Assembly (NCBI GenBank): GCA_012295275.1
Contig: CM022679.1
Coordinates: forward strand, 28,396,001 to 28,460,000
Direction of reading: 5' to 3'
From: Chrysomallon squamiferum
Lineage: Eukaryota; Animalia; Mollusca
Length of the DNA stretch: 64,000 nucleotides
Below, in pieces: positions 14,280 through 64,000 of this stretch; the first letter of the stretch is position 1, and the number at the start of each line of letters is the position of its first letter. Both the position numbers and the translations under genes were made by a program. Below the pieces are notes generated by a model, which had not been told where the DNA came from, did no database searches, and was given only the letters and a program-made list of their open reading frames with translations.

Positions 14280-14745
14280 AAGAAGAAGAAGAAGAAGAAG
14301 AAGAAGAGGAAGAATAATAAGAAAGTAGGTTTAGACGTCGCATGCTCGTAACACCTTTGATCCATTTCATATTCTAGAATTCATCAATTTTGTTTGATAA
14401 AAAGCAGATGTTCTGTTCACTGTTAACTCTAAGCCGTCATTAGGCAAAGGTGTTTAAGTACTGTGGCGTCATCGTCTTGCTCTGCTTAGCACGTTAAAAC
14501 AGTCAAACTGCTCACATACGTGAAACCTGAAGAAAATGTCCAGTACAACACATTTTCTAACAATACGTAATACTCATTGTTTAACTGCGTAACTGGAAAA
14601 CAAAGAAATCGCTAATGTTCATGCTGTGTTAGGCGGACACCAGACATTTATTTTTCACAAAATCAATGTGATAAAAATAAATTTAAATGCAAAATAATTA
14701 GTGTTAAAAAAACAGCAAGAAAAAAGAGAAAAATATAATAGACTG

Positions 14746-14850
<105 letters not shown>

Positions 14851-15163
14851 GTGTTTGTTTTTCTATTGCCTATATACATATATAGTTGTGCAGTCACTAT
14901 TACTACTATCACTACTACTACTACCACTACTACTACTACTATCATTCTATTTCTTTTTTTTTAGCCAACGTTCTTGTTTCATGACAGTTAAAATGATCTA
15001 TTATCAAGGAAATGCAAAATGTATTTAGATTAATTGTTAGCAGGTTATTTTTAAGCGCGTTCAAAGTTGAATGTCGCCCAAGAGATTTGTCTATTGTTGG
15101 AACTTTGTAGATTATCAACAGCATAAAAATATACATACTGGATATAAATTACTAATAGAAACA

Positions 15164-15197
<34 letters not shown>

Positions 15198-16846
15198 TAA
15201 TAAATATAATAACAATAAATAAATAAATATTAAATGAATAAGTGAACGTGTACAAACTAAGATACTATATAAAAAAATATAAAAAATCATTAAAAAACAA
15301 TAAGGGTGAATAATCTAACGTTTAATTTTCTTCTGAGTATTTTACTGGTATAGTACAACAATGAATAATTTAAATTGTGTATCTAAGTATGAAATAAATT
15401 GTTCAATGCCTAAATAGAATATTTGTTTGTCATTAGTCTAAATATGTTGAGAATTCAGAAAAACCCCACTAACTTATATTTGTAGTAAAATATCTGAGAA
15501 AGGTACGGAATCATTTACCCGACTTCTAGAGACCCGGAAAATGCAGAAAACTGTCAATTTAGAATTATTATCAAGTCTAAAAGACTTTCTAATGAAAATC
15601 ATTTTCTATACGTGTATTTTAAGAATTTAAAGTGAATTAATAAAAATGAAACAGACCCTGGTTTAAAAATGGATTAATTAATATATGATAAATGCAGTTT
15701 CCTTCTTTATTATTATTATTATTTTTTTTTTATCGATTGTTTTGTGTTTTAAATAAAGACGTATCCTGTAACCCTGACTCAAGCTTGCCGGAAAAATAGC
15801 TGGGTATCTCTAATAGAAAGAAAGAAAGAAAAAGTGCAGCAAAATAAATAAATAAATACATAATCCTGTTCACTGACATAAATATGTCTTAACTTGATGA
15901 TCGAAGACCTCAAATCTCCTTTTAACTGTACTATTTTTTCATCTTTTTTTAAAATTATTATTATTATTATTTTTTTAATAGTCGAATCAATACGGTTTTC
16001 CTCAACTCGCTTGACATTCCGGTAATAAAAATGATTGATAACATAATTCAGAATGGTGTACGCTCCGCTGATAATACTACTGCTGACTTTCATGTTTTAT
16101 TTCTGTCTGTAAATATGAATCAGACTTTCGCATCAGTGAATCTATTTTCTGACCGCAGTAGAAAGGCGGTGTATAAAAACCCAAATGTGTTTTGAAAATA
16201 AATACGACTTCCACTGTCTTAAATCACCAACATATTTCATTACCAGTCAAAAACGTAAAAATAGTTACCCTAGTTACTGCAGTCACTGACAAATATGCTT
16301 AGCACAAATAGTTATGTTGCCACTAAATGATATGTGAACAATTGTTTTGGACTGAAAGATTTAGTTATTTATTTATTTATTTTACTAGTGTTAGAAACGA
16401 TGATGCATCGCATACATTTCAATCTACAGAACAACTGCAGCCAGCTTCCTAGGCTTGACCAAAATAACGCAAACTGAATCTGGCGGACGTCAAAGGAACA
16501 CTAAGTGCGATGTTCTGACAAGCAGACATGGTTTTTGCATTCCAACGTGACACCGACATATCAGATGTAATCAACGACCAGTTTTCTGTTCCTAATAAAC
16601 GTCTTTATTCAGTCAAACTTTCATCTGATTATTAATGTGTCTTTCCAAATGTGAAATGATGATATTTAATAATTAAAATAATACTTAATAATTTCAATGA
16701 TTATACTCGAGACTGGATGATGAAAACTGTTCTTCTTAATAATAATGATAAAAATAATAAAAATAATAATAAAAACAACAGCAATAACATAATATTAATA
16801 ACAATAACTATAAATAATCATAAAGATAATAATAATAATAACACTA

Positions 16847-16878
<32 letters not shown>

Positions 16879-16885
16879 CAACAAT

Positions 16886-16927
<42 letters not shown>

Positions 16928-17527
16928 AAATAGTAAAAATAGCAAGTCTGTTAAATACTTTTTTGATAAATCACTGAAATTTAAAATTACTAATGCTCTC
17001 TGACTATTACAGTGATATAAATTACTTTCTGATATAAATTATTGAAATTTTAATTTACTGATATTTAATTATGGTTATGCTTACAGCAAATTATTTTCTG
17101 GATTTGGATATATTTGTGGTATATACATTCCTAAACCTATTCAAACACAAGCACACACATACATTCCCTTTATTGCACTTACGTTCAGAAACGTTTGTAT
17201 ATAAAACGATTTTTTCCCATAAAGGAATACAAAATTTATAAGAGAATACTAAATGTCTTCTATTCATATTTATTAAAGGGAAATTTTACATGACGTATAA
17301 ATCAATCAGTTACCGATCTGCTTTATCGAAGAAAGACAATTAGCATTATAACATTGTATAGAGTTTTCCTCTTTTCTTTCTCGATGTGTAACAACTGAAA
17401 TAAAACTGTTATTGATTTTAGAGTCGGATCTAAACAAATAAAACGCACTGAACTTTACTTCTTTTTATTTCAACAGCGTCTTGTACAGCACTCATCACTT
17501 TCTCAATAGTTATTGACTCTTTGGTAA

Positions 17528-17610
<83 letters not shown>

Positions 17611-18144
17611 AAGTGAAATTAAATGTGTTCTGACTCACTGTACTAATTACAAAGATTATAATAAAATGATCATTTAAACAAATTAAATATAAAAAATCAG
17701 TCAATGAATTCTAGTTATTTTACCAAACAAATTTCAAATATAGTAATAATAATAATAATTTTATAAATAATAATAATAATTATATAAAGATGAGAAAAAT
17801 GTATTATTTAAAATAATTACGAAAATTATAATGTAAAGTTGGAATAAAAAATTTAAACGATGAAAAAAAAACTCAATGTATGATTATTAAACATATTATA
17901 AAAATTAAAATAAAAAGTGTCATAGAAAAAAATCAATATTTTCTGGTAATAACAATAAAGAAAACAAAATATTTAATAGTTTTCCTTAGTAACAGCAAAT
18001 AAATAATGTATAACATCTTATGAATTTAATATTGTATCTCTCTATCTTTAAGACTATCATGTTCTTTAAAACAATAATTGTTAACGATTTCCTTTCGTAT
18101 GTTAAAACGAAATCGAATTATTTTATTGATTAAAACGTGAATAG

Positions 18145-18605
18145 CATTGTATATTATCTTGTATTATATCTAGTATTCTATCTTGTATTACATCTTGTAT
18201 ATTATCTTGTATTATATCTAGTATTATCTTGTATTATATCTTGTAGTATATCGTGTACTATATATCGTATTACATATTGTATTAAATCTTGTACTATATC
18301 TTGTATTACATCTTGTAGTATATCTTGTATCATATATTGTATTACATCTTGTATTATATCTTGTATTATATCTTGTATTACATCTTGTGGTATAGCTTGT
18401 ATCATATATTGTATTATATCTTGTACTGTATATTGTATTACATCTTGTATTATATCTTGTATTATATCTTGTATTACATCTTGTGGTATATCTTGTATCA
18501 TATATTGTATTATATCTTGTACTGTATATTGTATTACATCTTGTATTATATCTTGTATTATATCTTGTATTACATTTTGTACTACTTCTAATTATTGTAC
18601 TATAT
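18145..18605. repeat. 12-bp minisatellite (tattatatcttg) with a longer-period substructure
   Basis: Tandem units; source of the SCII/QDII/YILY pseudo-ORFs. Confidence 0.9.
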
Positions 18606-19459
18606 CGTACGGTTTACCTAAGCCGTGGTATGTGCTGCCATGGAAGTTTGAAAATTCATTTCGTCATAAAAGTATTCTTATAATTTGAGTTCATCGTGCT
18701 GCTTATCTGGTTCTAGCATAATAAAAAATAAAATAAAATAAAAGAGATACAAATTATCCCATGTTCATACAATATGTAATTATTACTTCACCGAGGCAGT
18801 TTACAATACTAAATATATAATTTAAATTATTAATATGTACTGATATGTAATTATTTTCACTCGCTGTTTATTATTATTATTATTATTATTATTTTTTTTT
18901 TTTTTTGCGTATTTATATGATTTCTTTTTATAAATTTATCTTATAAAAATCAATTTTGTGATCGATAAATAAAAGTATAGTTCTCGAATCAGATAATAAC
19001 ATTACTGACACTTTGTAATCGTTAATAATAAATATGTTGTTTGTTAAACCAATATATTCACCATATTGATACATACTGACAATCATTCTGGGAAATATTG
19101 TTATATACTTCTGTAATGCTAGATTCTGTTCTTGTGAACGACTAACAAGAAAGATCGATACTGATGGGAATCAGATACGTCATTGATTGAAATGTAGCAG
19201 AACTGAAATGCGAAGAAAGAATTTTATTTTAACAATTACTGTATTCATAAAAAAAACCGGAAACTGGATAAATAAAATGTTATTAGAAATAGGATGTGTA
19301 CAAAAATATAAAACTCGTACTTTATTTCCCTTGACGTTAGAAACAACGTTTTTGTGATAACACAGCTGCGTCTTCAGGACATATTTATTCATTCATACAT
19401 ACATTCGCACGTACATACACGCACAGATTCATTCATACGCACAAACAAACAAACATTGT

Positions 19460-19610
19460 CTTGATGGCCGAGTGGAGGTCATCCTTCAGACCACTGGTAG
19501 CCAGCCGGGTGTCACAAGTTCGAGCCTCGCTGTAGTCAGCTGATGTTTGTAACTTGAACCTAACACTGGGACACTCATGACCGTTCTACTCACGTGAGTC
19601 CCGTGTGTTT
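19460..19610 (+). mobile_element. tRNA-derived SINE-like head
   Basis: Pol III A box tggccgagtgg (19465-19475) and B box agttcgagcct (~19517-19527); no tRNA cloverleaf evident. Confidence 0.55.
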
Positions 19611-21329
19611 ACTACGTGCTATGTTTTTATAACAACTGTGATATTAATAATGCATATTAAAGTCTGCATAGACTAACAAAACGCAGTCCATATTGTAGTT
19701 TTAATCTCCAGCTTTTAACACATCCCAAATGATAATAATGGTCTTTGTGGTTGTAATATATGTCTGATCTGTATGTGTATTGTTTTTATTTTATTTTCAT
19801 AACATACTGAATACTATAGTAATAGTTATCAAGCAATATTAAAATGTATAAAATAAATTTTCATTAAAATAATGGAGCCAGTTAAAAGCTTAACGGAATA
19901 TTTTACTTTGTAGTTACTCGAGTTTACATTAGCTACAAGAAAGTGGCTCCTGAATATTCAATTAGCCGTACAGTTCTCGCTTCACTCGCTAGAAATAAAG
20001 GTAATTGTACAGTTTTTATTTACCTCTTTATTGTTAAGCCATATGCGTATATATTTAATTGATGACTGAAAAATGTGTTTTGTCCCTGGAGTAAATAAAC
20101 ATCGACGTATTTTGAACGAACACTCATGATCGCAATTTTTCGCGAACCAACCTAAAGGCGTTTTCTGACTATGAAACTATTCATATCGATTTTTTTTTCA
20201 TCGTATCGAAGGAACATTTAACTTGTTACAGCTAAGATTATGAATAAACAGGTAATTTATTTTGCAAGAGTTGTGACCCTTTGTATGTGTTCTCATAACG
20301 AAGGGAAACCATAGCTTCGTACGCGAGAAATAAATTTAGTTATTACAGTTGTAAGCAACACGTCATTTAGTGAGAACGCGCCTTTAGAAACCTTTTATTT
20401 TTATTTCTTCTATTTCAACATCATCGTCGTCATGAATTCTTCTGTGATGACGTCAGAAAATAATGAATGAATGAATGAATGATGATGGTGATGATGATGA
20501 TTATAATAATAATAATAGTAATAACAATAATAATAAATTAACATATCATCTTAACATTCAATTCTGATAATTACTCCGTGCAGCTGGAAGTATCACTTTA
20601 CTCATCAAAGAGTAAGCAGTTGTTATATGCAGAGGATATATTATTAAACAGCAGCATTTTAAAATCAATTACGACGATTGATTGATATTTGTTCCACATT
20701 TCGGAGAGTAGAGCTTTCATCTCTTGATAAAAATCTGTCTGGAACCGAAGTCATTGTCTTCGTCTCCACGGACCACAGTAACGGGATATGAACAGATTGT
20801 TTTTGTATAAAAGAAACGTTGCTATTACCGACAGTACAATTACCAAATGAAAAATAAAAAAATAAAAGAAAAGAAAAGCGTAATTAAAAATTTAAAAAGT
20901 GAAAAAAGAATCAAATGGCTATTCAGTAATAAACAGAGAGTTAATCAATGATCGCGGGTTCAGCACTAAAACTGTGAAAGGCGTCTCGGTGGCAACACTG
21001 ACAACAACGACGCTTCACTCACTGTGCGGCTGTCGCAGGTGTTGTTTAACAACAACGTTAGCCTTGGCCAGAATAAAATTATGACCAAGGGAAATGCAGT
21101 ATTAATGCTTGATAAAAATATTTTTTATGTTTGCTTTGTTGCCATTCCCGTCAGTCGCTAAACCATTATTCTGTGTTATATCAGTTTGTTTTGATCCCCG
21201 AACTTACATTCATTTGTCAGAAATAATCATAAAAATATGTATTGTTAAATTATTTTATCTCTCGTGTTTTATCGCTGTTTGCTAATAATATATACATTAT
21301 ATATCTCGGTACGCAAGCATTTGAAGGAT

Positions 21330-21515
21330 TTGAATGTTCTCTGTTTTATGTACGTCTGAATAGACTCTGCACATAGACAATATTCATGAACGCATTGGTA
21401 CAGGAGGACAAAGTCCAATCACGACCTCACAAACCCCGTCAGATGCCGCTGACGAGACTCGAACGTATGGAACCCATTATCCCGCTCTCTTAGAGAGAGT
21501 GGAATTGGCCAGATT
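21330..21515 (-). mobile_element. SINE-like dispersed repeat, longest copy
   Basis: Minus strand has a degenerate A box (tggccaatt) and a B box (gttcgagtctc); body caggaggacaaagtccaatcacgacctcacaaaccccg recurs near 30570 and 46880. Confidence 0.65.
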
Positions 21516-22754
21516 CTCTTCAAGGAATCTTCAAGGAATCTAATATATTACAGTATGCCATACGTGAGTTTGACTAAACTTGGTATTATTATATACATAA
21601 AAAAGTACAAGTAGATACTTACAAAAAAGAACGAATGTTTACAGTATGTGGGTGGCAAACCAGTTTCGCAATTATGCGCTTCTTCAGTGCCTGTGAAACG
21701 AGCCACTTTGTTCACTAACTTTAAATCATCTTTGAGCCAGCTACAAGATTCCAGTTTCCCAGAACTCGACATCTTTCTGTGAGATAAAGTGTATGTTTAT
21801 GTGTGTGTGTGCTTGCTCGAGTGTTTTATTTTTAATTTAATTTTTGTGATTGTATATGTGTGTACGTGTGAATGTGTATTTGTATGTGTGTGTGTGTGTG
21901 TGTTTTACGTACAGCATTTTCTGTCTGGTGTTGATTGTTTATCACCAAGATGTAGAAAAACGAAACAGAGCTACTCATTTATTAACAACAAATTAATTCT
22001 TAACCGATAGGTTCCATGGTGTGATTGTTGTCCTGTTTTGTTATTAACTGTGATTCATTGTAAGAAAGCGACTAAAAAAATAAATATAATAATAATAATA
22101 ATAATAACAACAACAACAAGAAAATAAAATAAAAATTCAGATTCAGAAAGAAGACGAACTGGAGGTGAATGAATAAAATAGCTATTGTTGCAAGTACAGG
22201 CAGATGTTCCCGAAGTCGCATTTCCGACTGTGTAACACGGAGACGCAACTAAGGGAATATTGTTTTATTATGCAGCAAGTGAAACATGAAAGGTATTGAC
22301 ACACGTAAATCTCTGAAAAAGTAAAGACTTGGAGAAACGATAACGCACGTACAATATCCAGTTTATGTATGCAGTATATTAACGTTCTAAAAATCGGCAA
22401 ATTCCGTTATCCGGTCCGAACCGTGCCGAGTGGTGGCATCTATAGCCTTAGAAATATTTTCTAAAATAATAATGATGTGATAATAATCTTTATTATAAAT
22501 ATCTGAACGGGATATAGACTACAGTCACCTTGTATTAAATTTACATTTATGCTCAACAAAAGATCAAATAATTTTTTGTAGTTGTCAAGATGATGTTGAA
22601 ATTAACGGGAGTTATCTCCCATTATTGTGTAGCTATGAAAATAAGTTTAACTGAACGGACAGATGTAGAGTCTCAATTTTTATTTAGTCGTTTTCTATTT
22701 GAATAATAATAATAATAATATTAATATTAATAATAATAATAATAAGAAGAAGAA

Positions 22755-22785
<31 letters not shown>

Positions 22786-24112
22786 AATGCCATATTTCCA
22801 AGAAGCTGTCTGACTGTTATAACATATTTGGTCATATCGTATATTTACTGTAATTAATAGTTGAATACTAGTACCGTTTTGTTTCGACTCAGTCTTATGT
22901 AGACATGTCACCAGCTACTCTTGTAATAATACTAATACTAATACTAATAATAATAATGCTGATATATATATATATATATATATATATGTACGTATGTATG
23001 TGTGTATATATATATATATGTATGCTTAAGAATGAATATGAAAAAGAAGGAATTATATTTTAAAATACATTTATTAAACGTCGAGTCCACGTGAACAGTA
23101 CATTAACTAAAATATATTTTTACAACAAACAATTTTAAAAATCATTAAACAAGTGAAGAAAATAAATACGAGAAAAATATATAAATCTGCGGACAACCTT
23201 TATTAAAATTATCCTTGTTAGTACATTATTATATTTAACATTTTATTTAGTTGTTTTTTTTGTAAATTTAACAGAACTGGTGTATATTTTTCAAATTTGC
23301 TCAAATTGGACTTTAAACTTTTATTTCTCTGAAGCAATATTTAATAGTCAAAAGACAAGTTTAATAATACATTTTATTTATACAAAATTATTTTTATAAA
23401 ATGCCAGTAAAATAATATTTTTTGCCGGTGATTAACTGACAACAGTTTAGAAAATGGTTCCTACTTCAGCTCTTTTTCTAGAAAAGAAAATAATTATAAT
23501 TTGAAATGAGGAAACACTGTGTTTCTTAAGGAAATGTTCTAAACATTGTCATAATTGTTAAAAATGTCGTCGAAGAAAAAAGCAAAACAAAACAAAGACA
23601 AAACTAACAACATCACCCGAAAAAGAACGAAGATAAATGTTGGACATTTGTATACTGATCACAACAAGTTAAGAGACTTTGACTACAGAACACATTTCTC
23701 TTTGGTTCCGCCGCTTACAAGGAAATGATCTCGTGGGCTACAGGATGACGTAACTGCTTACGTACACCACTAACAAATCACTCTGGTCATGTATTGTTTC
23801 AGTGAAGCCTATAATATACATTTTACATTATAATGAAATTCTGATTTTATTTAACCAGTACAAAATCCACTGAACTTGAAGTCTTGTTATGTAGTTACTA
23901 ATACAGATAAATATGACACGGTTTATAACTTTGTATAGATCAGTTTTCGCAGAACATTCAACTTGATAATACTTAAATAATATATCACACAAGTGTGAGT
24001 GCTTATTATGGACAAAATAATATTTTATTTCATGTATCACAATCATAGTAGTAGTGTTTTGTATATCAGCACTATTACACAGTTTTTTACATTAACTATA
24101 ACATTTTGTACA

Positions 24113-24277
24113 TTATCGTCTCCATTGGACTGTGTTGTGAAAACTTAGCTGTTCATCTGAACGATCTTTCACTTCTTTAAGAGTTTGGAGAACACAGGAA
24201 TCTTTCTGTAAATCTTTGTTCTCTTCAGATTGTTCGACTCGTTTCAACACTGCTTCCAGCATTCTGATGCATAACGA
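24113..24277 (-). CDS. Candidate additional or alternative terminal exon of gene A (SLCIRMLEAVLKRVEQSEENK...QWRR*)
   Basis: 55-codon open frame directly after a cag acceptor; helical, charged composition; AATAAA about 90 nt downstream; needs a weak gtgaaa donor at 24702. Confidence 0.45.
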   Translation of the reverse strand, partial: SLCIRMLEAVLKRVEQSEENKDLQKDSCVLQTLKEVKDRSDEQLSFHNTVQWRR

Positions 24278-24290
24278 CTGGTTATAATAA

Positions 24291-24332
<42 letters not shown>

Positions 24333-24693
24333 TAATAGTAATATAAATAATAATAAATAATAATAGTGGGAGTGGTCGTAGTAGTAGTAGTAGTAGTAGT
24401 AATACTACTAACAATAAAAATAGTAATAGTATTAGTACTATTAGTAGTGGTGGTAGTAGTACTATTAGCAGTAGTAGTAATAATATTAATGTTGTTAATA
24501 ATACAGATAAAACAATTAATAAAGATAATACTGATGATGATAACAAAAGCAATGTAACACTAATAATAAATAGTATTAATAATGACAACTGCAGTAGCAG
24601 TAGAAGTGGTAGTAATAGCGGTAGTCGTAGTATCAGCAGTAGTAGTTGTAGAAGTAGCATCACAGTTTATTACAGATTTCAATAAGTTTTTGT

Positions 24694-51620
<26,927 letters not shown>

Positions 51621-51629
51621 CGCATCTAG

Positions 51630-51910
51630 CTGAACATCCTCACGGCAGAATGCGAGGAACAAAAAATCGACGTCTGCAGATGGACGTCAGCGCTGTTGTT
51701 GTTTTGTTGACGTCGCTGATCGGCAAACACTTAAAGCGACTGCGCGACGCGACTAATGATTTCAGCGCGAAATGAGAACAAAATAAATTAATTCTACTGG
51801 AGAAGCTTCGCGTTTGTTTCACGTCGCCTCCATTCATCCCTGTCCAATGGCATCGATTATTAATGTGAGACCGGTTATCAGGTCGTTACCGCTAGCCCGG
51901 CTCCAATTCA
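51630..51910 (-). promoter_or_regulatory. Probable 5' UTR/proximal promoter of gene A
   Basis: Locally CpG/GC-rich patch directly upstream of the signal-peptide exon, with several GACGTC/TGACG CRE-like elements, a TTTAAG element and CCAAT motifs. Confidence 0.4.
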
Positions 51911-52403
51911 CCAACAACCGAAACAATTTTAATGTCTAAATGATAAAACACTGGCAGTAATACGTTTTCCATTTCTCGTCTGAAACAAAATACCTTCACA
52001 TTACATTTCTTTACAAACTGTTGTGGTTGCTTTATGAAAAGTTTTACGATGCTGTTTGTGTTTTTAGCTACGTTTCTCAGTTGTGTCTGTCGTTTGTTTC
52101 ATTCCCTTTGTTGTTACTGGACGAGGATGAACATAATGAAAATGATTATGATGATGATGATGATGATCATTATAATAATGATTAAGAATAAAAATAAAAG
52201 CGTATGAATGTAGGTAAATGAAAAGGAAGATGTAAATGTTACTTAAAATCATGTGTAATAAAATATGAATTAATTGAGTAATGATTTCAGATTTTGTTCT
52301 GATTTTTTGTTTTAAGTTTTGTTTTTAACATGTCTATTTGGCCTACTCTGTAAAATGTAAAAAAATCTAGATAATTAAGTTCAAACAGATTCTGTTGTTA
52401 GAG

Positions 52404-52505
<102 letters not shown>

Positions 52506-52528
52506 GAGAGAAAGAGAGATAGATATGT

Positions 52529-61905
<9,377 letters not shown>

Positions 61906-62496
61906 AGAGAGAGGTAGATGGATTTATTAAATAGATAGGTAATTATATATGGATAGAAGGATGAATGGACGGATGCATGGATGAAAAATGTAAATAATTA
62001 AGTCCAAATTCGGTAGGTAGACAGACTTACAACTGTTACTGATTGTAGATTTTTCAAGACGTTTATTCTGGTGTAGTTTCAGTTTTGAAAAACTTTCAGA
62101 TATGCACTTTTATCTTTCATTGAATTTTGATTATAATGATAGTATTAGTAGCATTATTATAATTTTTACTATTAATATTATTATTAGTAGTAGTAGTAGG
62201 AATCGTAACAGTAGTAATACTAGTAGCAGTAGTAGCAGATGCAGTAGTATTAATAATAGCTGATAAGCAGCAGTAGTAGTAGTAGTAGTAGTAGGAGTAG
62301 TGGTATAAAGTAGGGTGTATCACAGCATTTGTTTAAATCTGTAACACAATCATATATTTTCTTTGTGACAAAATAGAAATTTTGGCAGGTTCGTTTCAGA
62401 CTAAAAATCACTGTAACGTTTCTATGCTGTTCAGAATAATAAATTAACAAAATAAACAATAAATACAATATCCATTTTTATTAGATAAATGAATAA

Positions 62497-62540
<44 letters not shown>

Positions 62541-63222
62541 TAATAAAAGCTAGTTAATAATGTAATTAAATAACAACGTTCTCAACACAGAACAAAGAAC
62601 ACATGTTACAAATGTGGATATTTTAAAACCAGGTTGTCATAGCAGAATTCCTTGACAATGGCAACGTGTATGCTAGAAGTAGAAAAACAAGTAAAAACAA
62701 ACAACATGCGCGAACAAAGCTCGCAACATGACAGCTACACTCACTGTTTTACTAGAATGTTTGATTAAACCAGCTTCCTCTGTTTGGAATGGGATATGAA
62801 ATCTTTAATCTGTGTTTTCTTAGTCACGTCTTTGTTTTATTATTTTTATATTAAAAAAACCCACGTTATTCTGCATACAGAACAAAATAATAGAATTATA
62901 AAATAATATCTAAGTCAAATATTTTATAAAAACATGAAAGTGTGAGATTTAATCTTAATTATTTATGTCGTAAAAGTAAAATAGCGGCAGGATATCTGGA
63001 CAAATAAAATATATGTGTGTATGTATATATATATATATTTAATAAAATGAAAACAAAAAGAGAGAAACAATTATAGAAAGAGAAAGAAACAAAAGAAAAA
63101 ACTTCTAGTAATTTTTAAACTAGTGAAATAAACATAGTAAGACTGCCGAGCCATGACGTCATAGACTGACTGAGATTTCCAACATGGCGGTCATGTTTCA
63201 AAGTCTGTCAACCTTTATTTTT

Positions 63223-63317
<95 letters not shown>

Positions 63318-63689
63318 AGTTTATTTGTATTTCTCCTTCAGTCTATCCAGCCATGCTTTCACCAGTGCAGTCACAGTTATATCTGTCTCTCTGTCTGTCT
63401 GTCTGTCTGTGTGACTACCTACCGATATGTCTGTCTGTCTGTTTGTCTGTCTGAACAAGTAGCTTTTGAATGCATGTATATATATGTAGATATAACTACA
63501 TGTCTGTCTTTCTGTTTGTCTGTTTGTGGGTATGTGTGAATGTATATAATGTCCTACATTTTTATAATTTTCATTTCTTTAAAGTTTCTCTGAAACAAAA
63601 TATTCCTGAAATGAGAACAAGTGTTTTTGTTTCACAAAACTCAGATTACATCAGAAATCAGATTCAGTTAATAGACTTCAGTACAAAAT

Positions 63690-64000
63690 ATACTATTAAA
63701 TATCTCTTAGAAATATATGTTTCATTTAAAAACATTGTATCAAATATGTTAGAAAAAATATACTTTATTTAAAAACATCAAAGAAAATATATGTTAGAAA
63801 AATATATTTTATTTAAAAACGTGTCAAATATCTGTTAGCAAAATATATTTAAAACAAAATATTACATATATCAGCGAAATATATTTTATTCAGAAACAAA
63901 CCATAATATATCTGTGAGAAAATACGTTTTTAAAACATAGTATTATATATCTCTAAGCGAAATATATTTTATTTACAAACATTCTATCATATATTTATCA
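63690..64000. repeat. Degenerate ~40-bp AT-rich tandem repeat running off the window
   Basis: Recurrent atatgttagaaaaatatattttatttaaaaac-like units. Confidence 0.6.

Noticed and set aside
18137-18688. Cys-rich (SCII)n or (QDII)n repeat proteins
   Set aside because: Translations of a 12-bp minisatellite that is open in several frames; no splice or start context.
19460-19540. Functional tRNA gene
   Set aside because: A and B boxes are present, but I could not fold acceptor and anticodon stems; better explained as a SINE head.

Overview
AT-rich, microsatellite-dense eukaryotic (animal) DNA; the repeat style would fit a lophotrochozoan such as a mollusc, but the taxon cannot be fixed from the sequence. 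The window holds two tandem, head-to-tail polycystin-1 family genes (PKD1/PKD1L/REJ type) on the minus strand. Gene A (51620->24694) can be spliced by hand into a complete, phase-consistent 25-exon CDS of 9093 nt (3030 aa): signal peptide, tandem PKD/Ig-like domains, REJ, GAIN/GPS-like region, TM1, PLAT, further TMs, TOP and TRPP channel domain. Gene B (13313->186) has the same exon architecture for its first six exons and runs off the left edge. Main points of interest: (1) a sharply bounded ~1.9 kb near-identical tract inside the otherwise diverged 3.5 kb exon of the two paralogs, suggesting gene conversion; (2) a GPS lacking the HL/T autoproteolysis motif next to an RKKR furin-type site; (3) loss or gain of one N-terminal domain through exon 2; (4) a 7-copy ~1.43 kb tandem array about 1 kb upstream of gene A, with promoter/first-exon-like signals and a small signal-peptide-like ORF; (5) intronic minisatellites that mimic 3' splice sites. 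An internally deleted Tc1/mariner element and SINE-like fragments are also present. Most short ORFs in the track are microsatellite artefacts.
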